Source: Armatimonadota bacterium (lineage in GTDB: Bacteria > Armatimonadota > UBA5829 > DSUL01). From it: a stretch of DNA of 64,000 nucleotides. Under the pieces are notes generated by a model. That model saw nothing but the letters and a program-made list of their open reading frames with translations. It did not search any database and was not told the origin of the DNA. The DNA lies in contig JBDHZC010000001.1 of the NCBI GenBank assembly GCA_039811685.1, positions 640,001-704,000 of the forward strand, in the 5' to 3' direction. A program made the translations under genes and the position numbers. The stretch's first letter is position 1. Every line of letters starts with the position of its first letter. Below, in pieces: positions 1-9,530 of the stretch.

Positions 1-1230
1 GCGAACCTGCGCCTGCGCGCTATCGTCGTCGGGATTGGAAAGAGTCTGGTCAATCAACTCCGCAATAGTTTCCATTTGGCTCTCTGCCATTCCTCGGCTC
101 GCAACACAGGGTGTACCAATTCGAACGCCGCTGGTGACAAACGGTTTCTCAGGATCGTACGGAATCATGTTTCGATTCAGCGTGATGCCCACGTCATCCA
201 GCACAGTCTGTGCCTTCTTACCTGTGATGCCCTTGGAGCGCAGGTCTACCAGCATCAGGTGGTTGTCCGTGCCGCCACTCACCAGACGAAAACCTCGCGC
301 TTCCAGCGCCTTCGCAAGAGCCTTGGCGTCTCTAACAATGAGACTTTGGTACGCCTTGAACTCAGGGGACATCGCCTCCTTGAAACAGACAGCTTTGGCC
401 GCGATAGTGTGCATCAGCGGCCCACCCTGCATTCCAGGAAACACTGCCTTGTCTATGGCGTCTCCGAGCTCTGCGTCGCAAAGGATCAGACCAGCTCTTG
501 GCCCGCGAAGAGTCTTGTGCGTGGTTGTGGTCACGATCTGCGCGTGGGGAAAGGGTGACGGATGCTCGCCAGCCGCCACCAGACCGGCAATATGCGCCAT
601 GTCCACCATCAGATAGGCGCCGACGGAATCCGAAATCTGGCGCAGTCTCGGAAAATCCAGAGTCCGCGGGTAAGCGGAAGCTCCGGCGACGATGACTTTG
701 GGGCGATGCTGTTCAGCCAGGCGCTGGATCTCATCATAGTCCAGCATTTCTGTATCCTGACGCACACTGTAGTGCACCGCGTTGAAGAGTTTGCCAGAAA
801 AACTCACACTCGCCCCATGAGTCAGATGTCCCCCATGCGCCAGATTCATGGCGAGGAACGTATCCCCGGGCTGCATGACAGCAAGGTACGCGGCCATATT
901 AGCCTGTGAGCCACTGTGCGGCTGGACATTGGCATGCTCGGCGCCGAAGAGTTGCATTGCGCGAGCGATGGCAACGTCTTCGATCTCATCCACGTGCCCG
1001 CATCCACCGTAATAGCGTTTGTGCGGATACCCTTCTGCGTATTTGTTCGTCATCACCGAGCCTTGAGCTGCCAGGACTGCTCTACTTGCGTAGTTTTCAC
1101 TGGCGATGAGAACGATTGTCTCCTCCAGACGTCGTTCCTCGCGCTCAATGATGGCGGCAACTTCCGGGTCTTCGCGTCTGAGGATGTCCAGACCTGGAGT
1201 CAAATGCGTCGAAAGGTTGCTGATACTCAA
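1..1230 (-). CDS. glyA: Serine hydroxymethyltransferase (3' end runs off the window)
   Basis: Minus-strand frame missing from the ORF track because it has no stop in the window. It reads [29 protein letters not shown] ... [26 protein letters not shown], both SHMT hallmarks. Start is TTG 1230 (AAGGA upstream) or TTG 1203. Confidence 0.95.
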   Translation of the reverse strand, partial: MSISNLSTHLTPGLDILRREDPEVAAIIEREERRLEETIVLIASENYASRAVLAAQGSVMTNKYAEGYPHKRYYGGCGHVDEIEDVAIARAMQLFGAEHANVQPHSGSQANMAAYLAVMQPGDTFLAMNLAHGGHLTHGASVSFSGKLFNAVHYSVRQDTEMLDYDEIQRLAEQHRPKVIVAGASAYPRTLDFPRLRQISDSVGAYLMVDMAHIAGLVAAGEHPSPFPHAQIVTTTTHKTLRGPRAGLILCDAELGDAIDKAVFPGMQGGPLMHTIAAKAVCFKEAMSPEFKAYQSLIVRDAKALAKALEARGFRLVSGGTDNHLMLVDLRSKGITGKKAQTVLDDVGITLNRNMIPYDPEKPFVTSGVRIGTPCVASRGMAESQMETIAELIDQTLSNPDDDSAQAQVR

Positions 1231-1367
1231 GACTCACATTCCTTCGGTGGACGGCTGCCACGGGAGATACTCCAGTGCGGCGGCCACGGGTGTTGCGCCG
1301 CGAGTCTGGGTGTTGATGAAGCGCAGGCTTCCACGAACTGCCTTGCCGGATACGGCAGCCAAAAGGC

Positions 1368-1397
1368 ATTATACACGTCCGCAGACGGCCCCGGCAA
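1368..1397 (-). promoter_or_regulatory. Putative sigma70 promoter for glyA
   Basis: TTGCCG-18 nt-TATAAT on the minus strand. Confidence 0.55.
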
Positions 1398-1466
1398 ACA
1401 AACCCGGCACGATTCGTGCGTCAACGGAGCCGGCCGGCCAGACACAATGAGCCTGGTCTCCAGAGA

Positions 1467-1505
1467 CACAAACGAAGCCTGCCCGAAAGAATCGGACAGG
1501 CTTCT
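1467..1505 (-). terminator. Intrinsic terminator-like hairpin after the prepilin-type gene
   Basis: GAAGCCTGTCCGA-TTCTT-TCGGGCAGGCTTC (13 bp stem) followed by GTTTGTG; the U-tract is weak. Confidence 0.55.
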
Positions 1506-1538
1506 GTCTGCGTTCCATTGCTGCTGTTGCGAGTCAAA

Positions 1539-2420
1539 CTATGGTTTTTTGCCGTCCAGACGGAACCACGGATCCGAGTCATACGGCGTGCCATTTCCAC
1601 CTTTTTCCATCAGGCCGTAGTAAGCTGAGCCTGCTGGAGTCCCAGGCTCGGCACATTTCATGGAAACGACGTGCCCATCCACCATGCAAACGTTGCTCAA
1701 GCCGCGGTGCCAGCCAGGAGGCCACGCATAGTCGGGCTTTGCGATGTTGGGAGTCCGCACAGGCGGCCAGGCGAAAGCGGTGCCGATTCCGTTGCGCGCC
1801 GTCTGCTTTGCGGCTGCGTCAAAGCGCCAGGTTTCGCTGAGAAGAACCGTGTTTGTGGGCTGAGAGACCTCTGACATGGACACTACAGCTACCGCCTGAC
1901 GTGTAGACGGATTGGTGACCATCCCGCCAGTGCTCGGCGTTCCACCCAGATAATAGGCGTTGTAGCCATAGCAACGGCGAAGGTCTTCTATTCCTCCGAG
2001 CTTGGGCGCAGATGGACAGACATATACTCCCTTCAGACTGTCTACTCCCGTGCTCTGGGTAGCCAGTTGCTTGATATACGGGTCAACTTTACGCCACCAC
2101 AGATGCGCGGCGCTGTAACCCTGACCAGACAAAGGGGCGATCTCTCCGGTCGTCCCTGGGCAGGCCCTGTCGCCGTGGTCGTCCGAATACATTCGAAACG
2201 CCGTTCCAAGCTGCTTCAAGTTGGACAGGCAGCTTGCCTTGCGGGCGTTCTCGCGGGCTGCCGCAAAGACCGGAAAAAGAATGGCCGCCAGTATAGCGAT
2301 GATGGCGATAACGACCAGTAACTCAATGAGGGTAAATCCGAAGCGACCTTTATTGTCCTGTCTCGCGAACATTCCTCTTCGGCCAGATTTTTCTTTTCGC
2401 AGCAAGCGCAGCTCTTCCAT
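1539..2420 (-). CDS. Prepilin-type N-terminal cleavage/methylation protein with DUF1559-like region and H-X9-DG motif
   Basis: [45 protein letters not shown] and C-terminal [18 protein letters not shown] lies 6 nt before ATG 2420. Confidence 0.92.
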   Translation of the reverse strand: MEELRLLRKEKSGRRGMFARQDNKGRFGFTLIELLVVIAIIAILAAILFPVFAAARENARKASCLSNLKQLGTAFRMYSDDHGDRACPGTTGEIAPLSGQGYSAAHLWWRKVDPYIKQLATQSTGVDSLKGVYVCPSAPKLGGIEDLRRCYGYNAYYLGGTPSTGGMVTNPSTRQAVAVVSMSEVSQPTNTVLLSETWRFDAAAKQTARNGIGTAFAWPPVRTPNIAKPDYAWPPGWHRGLSNVCMVDGHVVSMKCAEPGTPAGSAYYGLMEKGGNGTPYDSDPWFRLDGKKP

Positions 2421-2569
2421 GATGAGCTCCTTAGAGTGAGTCACGCACACCTCATCCGCTGCGTGAATCCGCAGCTTTTTCTGTGCCCAAAAAACGGTCA
2501 GCGCTGACCATATCGTGAAAGCGACGCCAGCCGTTTGACGGCCAAAGGCGCCTGCTCCCCTCTAAAGTC

Positions 2570-2598
2570 ATTATAGGGTCAGGACAACGGGTAGTCAA
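2570..2598 (-). promoter_or_regulatory. sigma70 promoter upstream of the prepilin-type gene
   Basis: TTGACT-17 nt-TATAAT, near consensus. Confidence 0.8.
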
Positions 2599-3000
2599 GA
2601 GTTTGCGGAACCGATTTCACAAAATATTTTGCGGCCTGGAGTGCCTCAACAATGGTACAGTCTGTGCGACCACCTATGCGACCGCGATTTCAGAGTTCTT
2701 GATGCTGCTGCAGTTTTGCAGAATAAAGCTGCCATAACCTGTCAATTGCGATTCCGCCCATTCTCTCGCGGCAGATCAGGAAACGGCTGGTCGCCACATC
2801 AGAAAACGTCAAAATATTCCTCTAGTTCAGCGCGTCTGTACCAGAGATGGTAAGCTTCCCTGGCGTGTATCGGCACGCTCTGCAGATCGCATAGAGCATC
2901 GCTCAAGCGTTGTATTTATACTTTGGACTCTCCAGTCTGGGTGGCGTGAATGAGTCTGCGGCAGGTGACGCGAAGTAGCTGCCAAGTCTTGGAGAAAAGA

Positions 3001-3747
3001 ATGAAAAGAGTTCTGGTTTACGACCTTCCCACGCGCGTTTTTCACTGGCTTTTTGCGCTGTTCTTCGTCATTGCCTTTGTCGTCTCCAAGCGGTTTGATG
3101 ACGACCAGCCGAGGTTTTCTCACCATATGATAGCGGGGCTTGTCCTTCTGGCTCTGGTCGTCTTCCGCACTGTCTGGGGATTTGCGGGCAGCAAGTACGC
3201 GAGGTTCAGCACTTTTGTGCTGAACCCAACAGAGCTGGTGAGTTACTTCCGAGGAATTCTGACTGGAGACCGGCGCAGGTGGCCGGGACACAACCCCGCT
3301 TCCAGTTGGGTTGCGGTCATAATGCTGTCACTGGTAGTCGCGCTGGCTGTCACCGGTTATCTGATGACGCGAGACCGCGCCTTCAAAGACCTCAAAGACA
3401 TTCACGAGACGCTTGCCAATATCTTTCTTGCAGCAGTGATCCTTCACATTGCCGGAGTGATAGTGCACACGCTGCGTCACAAAGACGCTATCTGGAAGAG
3501 CATAATCACGGGTTACAAGACTGACGTTGCCCAGCCATCGCCGCCCATCCGCCTCTACCCGGCCGTTGGCGTCCTTCTGCTGGCGGTGACTTTTGGTTTC
3601 GTGGGATACGCGGCACGCAACTTCAACGACGAGACGCGAGAGCTGAGCATCATCGGTATCCCGCTCCATCTGGACAAAGCTGGACACGCCGACAAGAAGC
3701 ACAAAGGGCATGAGAAAAGATTCAACAACAACGACCTCGATGACTGA
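3001..3747 (+). CDS. Cytochrome b/b6 domain membrane protein (Ni/Fe-hydrogenase cytochrome b-like family)
   Basis: YDLPTRVFHW, HHMIAG, GHNP, HETLAN, LHIAGV haem-ligand His motifs in TM helices. GGAG RBS before ATG 3001. Confidence 0.88.
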   Translation: MKRVLVYDLPTRVFHWLFALFFVIAFVVSKRFDDDQPRFSHHMIAGLVLLALVVFRTVWGFAGSKYARFSTFVLNPTELVSYFRGILTGDRRRWPGHNPASSWVAVIMLSLVVALAVTGYLMTRDRAFKDLKDIHETLANIFLAAVILHIAGVIVHTLRHKDAIWKSIITGYKTDVAQPSPPIRLYPAVGVLLLAVTFGFVGYAARNFNDETRELSIIGIPLHLDKAGHADKKHKGHEKRFNNNDLDD

Positions 3748-3822
3748 CAGGCAGCGGATGTCCTCTTTCTGCGCCGGAGAGCAGGATTGCGAGGCAGACC
3801 AATTTCAGCCTGCATCTGCGGA

Positions 3823-3855
3823 GAAAGAAAAAGGGCAGCTCCTTGAGCCGCCCTC
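3823..3855 (-). terminator. Intrinsic terminator of the large GH gene
   Basis: AGGGCGGCTC-AAG-GAGCTGCCCT followed by TTTCTTT, just past the stop at 3865. Confidence 0.75.
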
Positions 3856-3864
3856 TGCGTTTGT

Positions 3865-6800
3865 CTAGTCAATAGAAACCCGGAAAGTCACCGTCCCTGT
3901 GGCATCCTGAGCAAGCAGGGGAATCGCCCATCTTACGACACGCGCCACCGGATCGTACACTCCGCCGTTCGAGGCACTACCGGAGACGTAGTTCGTGTGC
4001 CGGGGCAACGGAGCGACCACCAGTACATTAGCCGCTGCGGCACTTCCAGAGTTCTTGTACAGAACTGTCAGATCAACAAGGTCCTTGGGCTGTGGATTGG
4101 CCGTCAGGCCCTGAATCTGAATGTCAATGTTGGGTGAGCCAACGGGTTGCGGGTCCGGAGTTGGTGGATCCGGTGTCGTTGGAGGTATGTCCGGTACAGT
4201 AGGCGGCTCTGGCGGCGGCGCAGGGCTTCGGAACTCGTCCTGATAGCCGTCGACTACGTAGAGCTTACCATTGCTCACAGTCTGTCCGCCAAGATCCTGC
4301 ACAAGGACCTCGTCAATATCAATACTAGCCGCAGAGGCGGCCTTTGTGAACTGTACCGCTACATACCGGGCACTAGTCGCGGAAGGCAGCTCAACTGTGA
4401 TGTCGCCCCGGCCAGAGGAACCGTCAGCCGACCAGACAGCCGCTTCCCGGAAGCCGTCACCAAGGAAGGTCTCAAACTGCCATTTATCTCCGGGCTGATA
4501 CTGGCGATCCGGGATGGTGAAATGGACGACACCATTGTCAGAATGGAATAGCTGACCAGTCTGCGCCGTCCCCTGTGCCCCGGAGACCGAACCGCTGACA
4601 GTGAAGGCGCTTGCGGAAGTCGCTGTTGCCGTCCAGACCTCCGTGCGCAGCGCAGGAGATCCAAGGCTGACTGAGATGCGGATCGGGTCCACTGTCAGGC
4701 TGCCACTAAATCGCGCAGCGACAGAGTTCGGACGGGAGCTGTCATCAGTAGCTGTCAGGGAAGTCAGAACGCGGATTGAGCTGATCTGGGAGCGGTCTTT
4801 ACTTCCGATGATAACTTTTTTGACGTTGTACGCCCTCGAAGCGGGTTGAGGATTACTCTGGTCGTCATAGTTGACCAGATCCATAATCAAACCCTTGTTA
4901 GTGGCCAGATTCTTGTACATCCAGTAGGAAGGCTTCGGCTGCCCCGTCGAGTAGAAAAGTCCGGCGTGGCTTCCAAAGATGTCATCTTCCCGTTCGCCAA
5001 CAGGCGCCAGGTCCTTTGCCGGCCACCACTGGATACCTTTGACCCAACCCAGTTTGCGCGCCCACGCCAGGATACGGAACCCGTACTCTGTCTGCTTGCG
5101 CTCGTTGAGCCCCCCACCCGATCCGGCTACGCCGCTGTCTGTAGCAATCTCACCGAAGAAAACGCTCTTTGCAGCGTCTCCGTGCGCTTCCATAATCGAG
5201 CGGCCGGTGCCGTTGGTGAAACCGTTCGCCCAGTTGAACGCATCCGGCGCCATATTGTTAAAAACATAAGGGTGCCAGGCAACCATATCAAAAGGTTTGT
5301 CCGGGAGTTCATTGTAGATGGTCTGGAGGTTCGAGGTTGCGCCATTCGCATAGCCTCCGCTCACCACCTTGGCTGATGGATCAGCGGACCGCACAGCCTC
5401 CGCGCCCGAACGCAGGATCTCGGCGTAGACGTCCTGCCCCGCGTTCCAGCACCAGCCCTGATCAGGTTCATTCCAGAGCTCCCAGTATTTCACGCGGTCT
5501 TTGTAATGCCCGACGAAATCTTTCACAAAATCTGTCCAGGGCTTGGTATCGAGATAATCGTAGTAGGCTACTACAGAAGAAGCCGCGCCAATCTTGGGCA
5601 GGTTGACGTGGAACTCATCGACATCAACTGTTCCACCGCCGACAATGCTAACGCCGACTTTCAGCGGCCATCCCAGCGCCTGATCCCAAGAGTACGGCCA
5701 CTGAAATCCACCGTCGGGATTGGCGGGATCATTTTGCGAAGTGAATGCTGTCCAGGTATCGCCCTGCTTGCGCAGAGTGATCCAGCGCGGAGCATAGTCC
5801 AGAAAACCAAGCTCTCCATTGCCACCGTAGGTGGTGACAGAACCGTTGACACAGCGCACCAGCAGTGGTCTGCCGGCGTCATTGGATATCCCGTAACGGA
5901 ACCAGTTTTTGGCATCCTGATAGACGGCTATACCGGCCTGACTGTTGGGTCCGTTCAGAGGTGGAGCGTCTGAAACACGCATGGAAACTGAAAAATCCCC
6001 ACCTCCAGAGAGCGTCTGATGGAGGAAGTGTCCCACAGTGTCGAGTCCCGCAGTCGCCGATACGCGCAGATTCCCGGGTACGCTAACGCCGACATTCCAG
6101 GACGCCGGCTGGTTCATCCACTGCCACTCTGAAGAGAGAGGAGCCGAGTCAAAAGTCTCGTTCTTCTTGGCGCCAGTAACCTGAGACATGTGCCGTGATA
6201 CGACACCGGTTTTTGTGTTCAGCGTGTAGTCGGAACCGGCCTGATAAACTGCGTCGATACTGTCGTAAGTGACTTTGATCCTGGAGCCATTGACTGGAGT
6301 CTTACCGTGATACCAGAACATGTCCAGATCCGCGAAATGCAGGCGGCCACCGCGATCAATCATAAAATCCTTCGCCTGATCGGGTGAGTTGATAAGATTG
6401 TCCACGCGACGCCACTCTTGATAGCCGGCGCCTTCATCCACCCACACTTGCGCCGAGTTGGCCATGATCGGCCAGTGAGAAACGCGAGGCGCATCACCCT
6501 TCTTAAAGTTGGTCGTGACAACTTCTTCAACGTGGTGTGTTGTGGGAGTTGGACTTGGAGTCAGCAGAAAAGGAGTGATGTCCGGCTGCCCGGTGAGCAC
6601 AAAACCGTGCGCCAACGACGCGGAGCCGGATGAAAGATCCAACGCCTCGCCTTCAACGGGCTGACTGGGCGCATAGGAGCGGTCTCGCATTCCGTTGGCC
6701 CACGCTGGGGTGTATCCGAGCACACAGGTGACAGTGAGCCCATCTCGTATGTAGGCGTTGATATTATCTTCAATACCGTACCAGTTGAAATCGTAAGTCT

Positions 6801-7128
6801 TGCTCTGCTGAACGCCGTACCACGGGACATCGTATCGCACGCCCAGAGCTCCGGCCTGCTTCTGCAGTGCGTAGAGTTCCGGAGTGTCTCGCGGTGTCAC
6901 ACCGTGCGGCGCATTTATTCCCCAGAAGCAGAACTCACCAATAGAGTAGCGCTTCTTTGGGAGCTGCGTAGAATCGGCAAAGAGACTGAGCCACGCGTTG
7001 TCGCTGCTGGAGGTTGCCCGGACACCGTCAGTGAGCTTGGTTTGCGCATCGGCGTCTTCAGTGGAGCAGGCTGCGGGTACGGCCCCGCTCAGCAGGATGA
7101 GCGCGGCAAGCCAGGGGAGATATCTCAT
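3865..7128 (-). CDS. Secreted multidomain clan GH-A glycoside hydrolase (GH39/GH5-like) with ConA/LamG-like, discoidin-like and C-terminal DUF11-like domains
   Basis: Signal peptide; RYDVPW; YWELWNEPD (acid/base); AWHPY; FFGE (nucleophile); GLF..GQPKP; Pro-rich linker; DUF11-like end. Confidence 0.8.
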   Translation of the reverse strand: MRYLPWLAALILLSGAVPAACSTEDADAQTKLTDGVRATSSSDNAWLSLFADSTQLPKKRYSIGEFCFWGINAPHGVTPRDTPELYALQKQAGALGVRYDVPWYGVQQSKTYDFNWYGIEDNINAYIRDGLTVTCVLGYTPAWANGMRDRSYAPSQPVEGEALDLSSGSASLAHGFVLTGQPDITPFLLTPSPTPTTHHVEEVVTTNFKKGDAPRVSHWPIMANSAQVWVDEGAGYQEWRRVDNLINSPDQAKDFMIDRGGRLHFADLDMFWYHGKTPVNGSRIKVTYDSIDAVYQAGSDYTLNTKTGVVSRHMSQVTGAKKNETFDSAPLSSEWQWMNQPASWNVGVSVPGNLRVSATAGLDTVGHFLHQTLSGGGDFSVSMRVSDAPPLNGPNSQAGIAVYQDAKNWFRYGISNDAGRPLLVRCVNGSVTTYGGNGELGFLDYAPRWITLRKQGDTWTAFTSQNDPANPDGGFQWPYSWDQALGWPLKVGVSIVGGGTVDVDEFHVNLPKIGAASSVVAYYDYLDTKPWTDFVKDFVGHYKDRVKYWELWNEPDQGWCWNAGQDVYAEILRSGAEAVRSADPSAKVVSGGYANGATSNLQTIYNELPDKPFDMVAWHPYVFNNMAPDAFNWANGFTNGTGRSIMEAHGDAAKSVFFGEIATDSGVAGSGGGLNERKQTEYGFRILAWARKLGWVKGIQWWPAKDLAPVGEREDDIFGSHAGLFYSTGQPKPSYWMYKNLATNKGLIMDLVNYDDQSNPQPASRAYNVKKVIIGSKDRSQISSIRVLTSLTATDDSSRPNSVAARFSGSLTVDPIRISVSLGSPALRTEVWTATATSASAFTVSGSVSGAQGTAQTGQLFHSDNGVVHFTIPDRQYQPGDKWQFETFLGDGFREAAVWSADGSSGRGDITVELPSATSARYVAVQFTKAASAASIDIDEVLVQDLGGQTVSNGKLYVVDGYQDEFRSPAPPPEPPTVPDIPPTTPDPPTPDPQPVGSPNIDIQIQGLTANPQPKDLVDLTVLYKNSGSAAAANVLVVAPLPRHTNYVSGSASNGGVYDPVARVVRWAIPLLAQDATGTVTFRVSID

Positions 7129-7383
7129 TGCGGCTTACCTCGTGTATCTACCATAGTGTGCGCCTCAAGCACGGACAGACGAAACTCAGCGGCTGGCGAG
7201 TTGAGAGGCCGTGACCGTGCCGGAACAAGCGGCAGAAGAGGCGACAGTGCTGCAGGGTTCCACTCAATGCTTCCGCTCAGGAGATACAGGCCGGAAGCGG
7301 CTTCCATCCGCACTGGATAGCTGACTTGTGGAACGCGCTGGTCACAGGTCGGGTTGTGGTCCGTGCCCTAACTGTCTCGCGTG

Positions 7384-8487
7384 CTAGAGCCTGGACACAT
7401 GGTCTCTATAGGAGTCTTCCACAAATCTGGCGATTGAGGTCATAAATACCGACCTGTCAAATGTCATAGCATTTGCCCGCACAGCCACAGGATCGAACTC
7501 TGTCGCCTCAAAACGGCGCACGGCGTCCATCAATGACTCAACCGTCTGCTCCTGAAAGAAAACGCCACTGACGCCATCTTTGACGGTTTCCGTGGCGCCG
7601 CCTCGAGCAAACGCAATAACCGGGCGTCCTGCCGCCTGCGCCTCAACAGGTGTAATGCCAAAATCCTCTTCTCCCGGAAACACAAAAGCCCGGCACCTCT
7701 GATACGCTTCTGCCACTTCCTGATCTGTCTGCCCTTTCAGAAAGCGGATATTGTTGCCTGCAATAGCTTTCAGCCGGCTCTGCTGCTCCCCTTCGCCGAT
7801 TACAAGCAGAGGTAGTCCGAGTCTGTTGAAGGCTTCTACGGCAAGATCGACCTTCTTGTACGGCGCCAGGCGCGAGACCATCAGAAAATAATCATCCTGT
7901 TTGTCCGAGATGACAAAACGGTCACACTCCACAGGCGGATAAATGACTACGGAGTCACGGCGATAGTATTTGCGGATACGCGAGGCCACGTGCCGGGAGA
8001 TGGCGACAAACTTGTCCACACCGTTAGCAGTGCGCACGTCCCAGTTGCGCGCATGAGCCATAGTCAAAGCCGCAATACTCTTGAAAATGCGCCCTTTGCC
8101 GGAGTCGCGCAGATAGTCGTGGTACATGTCCCATGCGTAACGCATCGGGCTGCAACAGATGCAAACGTGGAGAGTCTTCGGACGGGTAATGACGCTCTTG
8201 GCGCAAGCGTGATTAATGCTTATGACGACATCGAACTCTGACAGATCAAACTGCTCAAACGCCAGCATGAAAACCGGCAGAAAGCGCTGATGGTACTTGG
8301 CCGCACCCGGAACTCTCTGTGCGAAGCTCACGCGGATATCTTTCCGGCGAAAGTCTTCGGGCATAGTGTGGGGAGTATAGAGGGCCGTGTAAATTGGGGC
8401 ATCAGGAAACACATCCGCTAAAGCAAGCAGATGCTTTTCAGCCCCGGCCATGACATTCAGCCGTTCAGCAACCAGAGCGACCTTCAA
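7384..8487 (-). CDS. Glycosyltransferase family 4
   Basis: GAEKHL, SRLAPYKKVD, EEDFGITPVEAQAAG. TTG start with GGAGG RBS overlaps the upstream stop; the ORF-track N-terminal extension overlaps the neighbouring gene. Confidence 0.92.
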   Translation of the reverse strand: MKVALVAERLNVMAGAEKHLLALADVFPDAPIYTALYTPHTMPEDFRRKDIRVSFAQRVPGAAKYHQRFLPVFMLAFEQFDLSEFDVVISINHACAKSVITRPKTLHVCICCSPMRYAWDMYHDYLRDSGKGRIFKSIAALTMAHARNWDVRTANGVDKFVAISRHVASRIRKYYRRDSVVIYPPVECDRFVISDKQDDYFLMVSRLAPYKKVDLAVEAFNRLGLPLLVIGEGEQQSRLKAIAGNNIRFLKGQTDQEVAEAYQRCRAFVFPGEEDFGITPVEAQAAGRPVIAFARGGATETVKDGVSGVFFQEQTVESLMDAVRRFEATEFDPVAVRANAMTFDRSVFMTSIARFVEDSYRDHVSRL

Positions 8488-9530
8488 GTTGCCTCCGATC
8501 TTTCTGTGGAGCGGCCGCCACGTTGGGAAGACGGGTGCAACCGCACACCGGCAGCCACCGACCAGGCAAAAACAAACGGAACTACGGCGGCCAAAGGCGC
8601 GGCCGTGAGACCTTGCAGACTGATGGCGCGCCGTCCCATAGCCCGAACGTGCAAACCCCAGATTGCAAGAAAACAGCCAACTGTCCACACCGCCGCCGGC
8701 CAGACTGGCAAGGAGCTCAGCGCAAGCACACCCATCGCAGCGAGGCCACCGAGATAGCTCCAGTACAGCTTTTGACGCAGGCGCTTGAAACGCCTCCCCA
8801 ATATCTCGTACACATCGTGCCACTCTCCACAGATCTGTGGATGGAGTTGACGCAGGAGCCTGTCGTGACGGTAGCGCATAGCCAACCGGATGGGACGCTT
8901 CCAACTCGGCGAGAGAGGCCGGTGAACAACTCGCGCGTGTTCCGCAAACGTGATGCCAAGTCCGCGTTCGATGATTCGCAGGGCCAGTTCGGTATCCTCC
9001 CGGAAGTGGATGCGTGTCGCCGGATCATAGAAACGTGTGTCGAACAGCCCGACTTCACGAAAAACGCTGCGACGCAGGAACATGTTGCACGTGGGGAAGC
9101 CGCCGGGGGAGACATTCTGCGTCTGGTGCGTAAAGGGTGTGATCAACTCCTCAGAGCCAATCTCTGTATAGCCTTCCGCGACATCGAAGCCTTCAATCGC
9201 TTTCAACCCTTCCTCGAGCCAGGTCGAATACGGCTCCGTATCAGCATCGACGAGAGCGACAACTTCCGCAGAAGAAGCCTGTATGCCTGTATTGCGGGCC
9301 GCGCCAGGTCCAGCATTGACCTGATGCCTGATACACCTCATGCTGAAGCCCACGCGGCGCGCGAGTTGTTCGACTTCAGTGGAAGTCTTATCAGAGCCTG
9401 CATCGTCAACTACGATCACTTCATACTGGTCATGTGGCAGGGTCTGTTCACCCAGCTTCCGGAGGCAGATCTCAAGCAACGGCCAGGAATTGTAGGCGGG
9501 AATGACGACGGACACGCGCGGACAGCTCAA
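8484..9530 (-). CDS. Glycosyltransferase family 2 with C-terminal TM segments
   Basis: VSVVIPAYN, VVDDAG, GPGAARNTG, DAD, FRED. TTG start with GGAGG RBS. Confidence 0.92.
   Translation of the reverse strand: MSCPRVSVVIPAYNSWPLLEICLRKLGEQTLPHDQYEVIVVDDAGSDKTSTEVEQLARRVGFSMRCIRHQVNAGPGAARNTGIQASSAEVVALVDADTEPYSTWLEEGLKAIEGFDVAEGYTEIGSEELITPFTHQTQNVSPGGFPTCNMFLRRSVFREVGLFDTRFYDPATRIHFREDTELALRIIERGLGITFAEHARVVHRPLSPSWKRPIRLAMRYRHDRLLRQLHPQICGEWHDVYEILGRRFKRLRQKLYWSYLGGLAAMGVLALSSLPVWPAAVWTVGCFLAIWGLHVRAMGRRAISLQGLTAAPLAAVVPFVFAWSVAAGVRLHPSSQRGGRSTERSEAT

Noticed and set aside
1240..1280. CACCGAAGGA resembling part of a glycine riboswitch
   Set aside because: The GGAGA and CTCTCAGG core elements are missing, and the match coincides with the RBS.
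35..1620. Plus-strand ORFs 35-616, 76-558, 562-909 and 916-1620
   Set aside because: Antisense shadows of glyA and its leader; no recognisable motifs.
7125..7313. 62-aa ORF overlapping the GH start (ATGA)
   Set aside because: No RBS, no motif, and its end is simply the GH ribosome-binding region.
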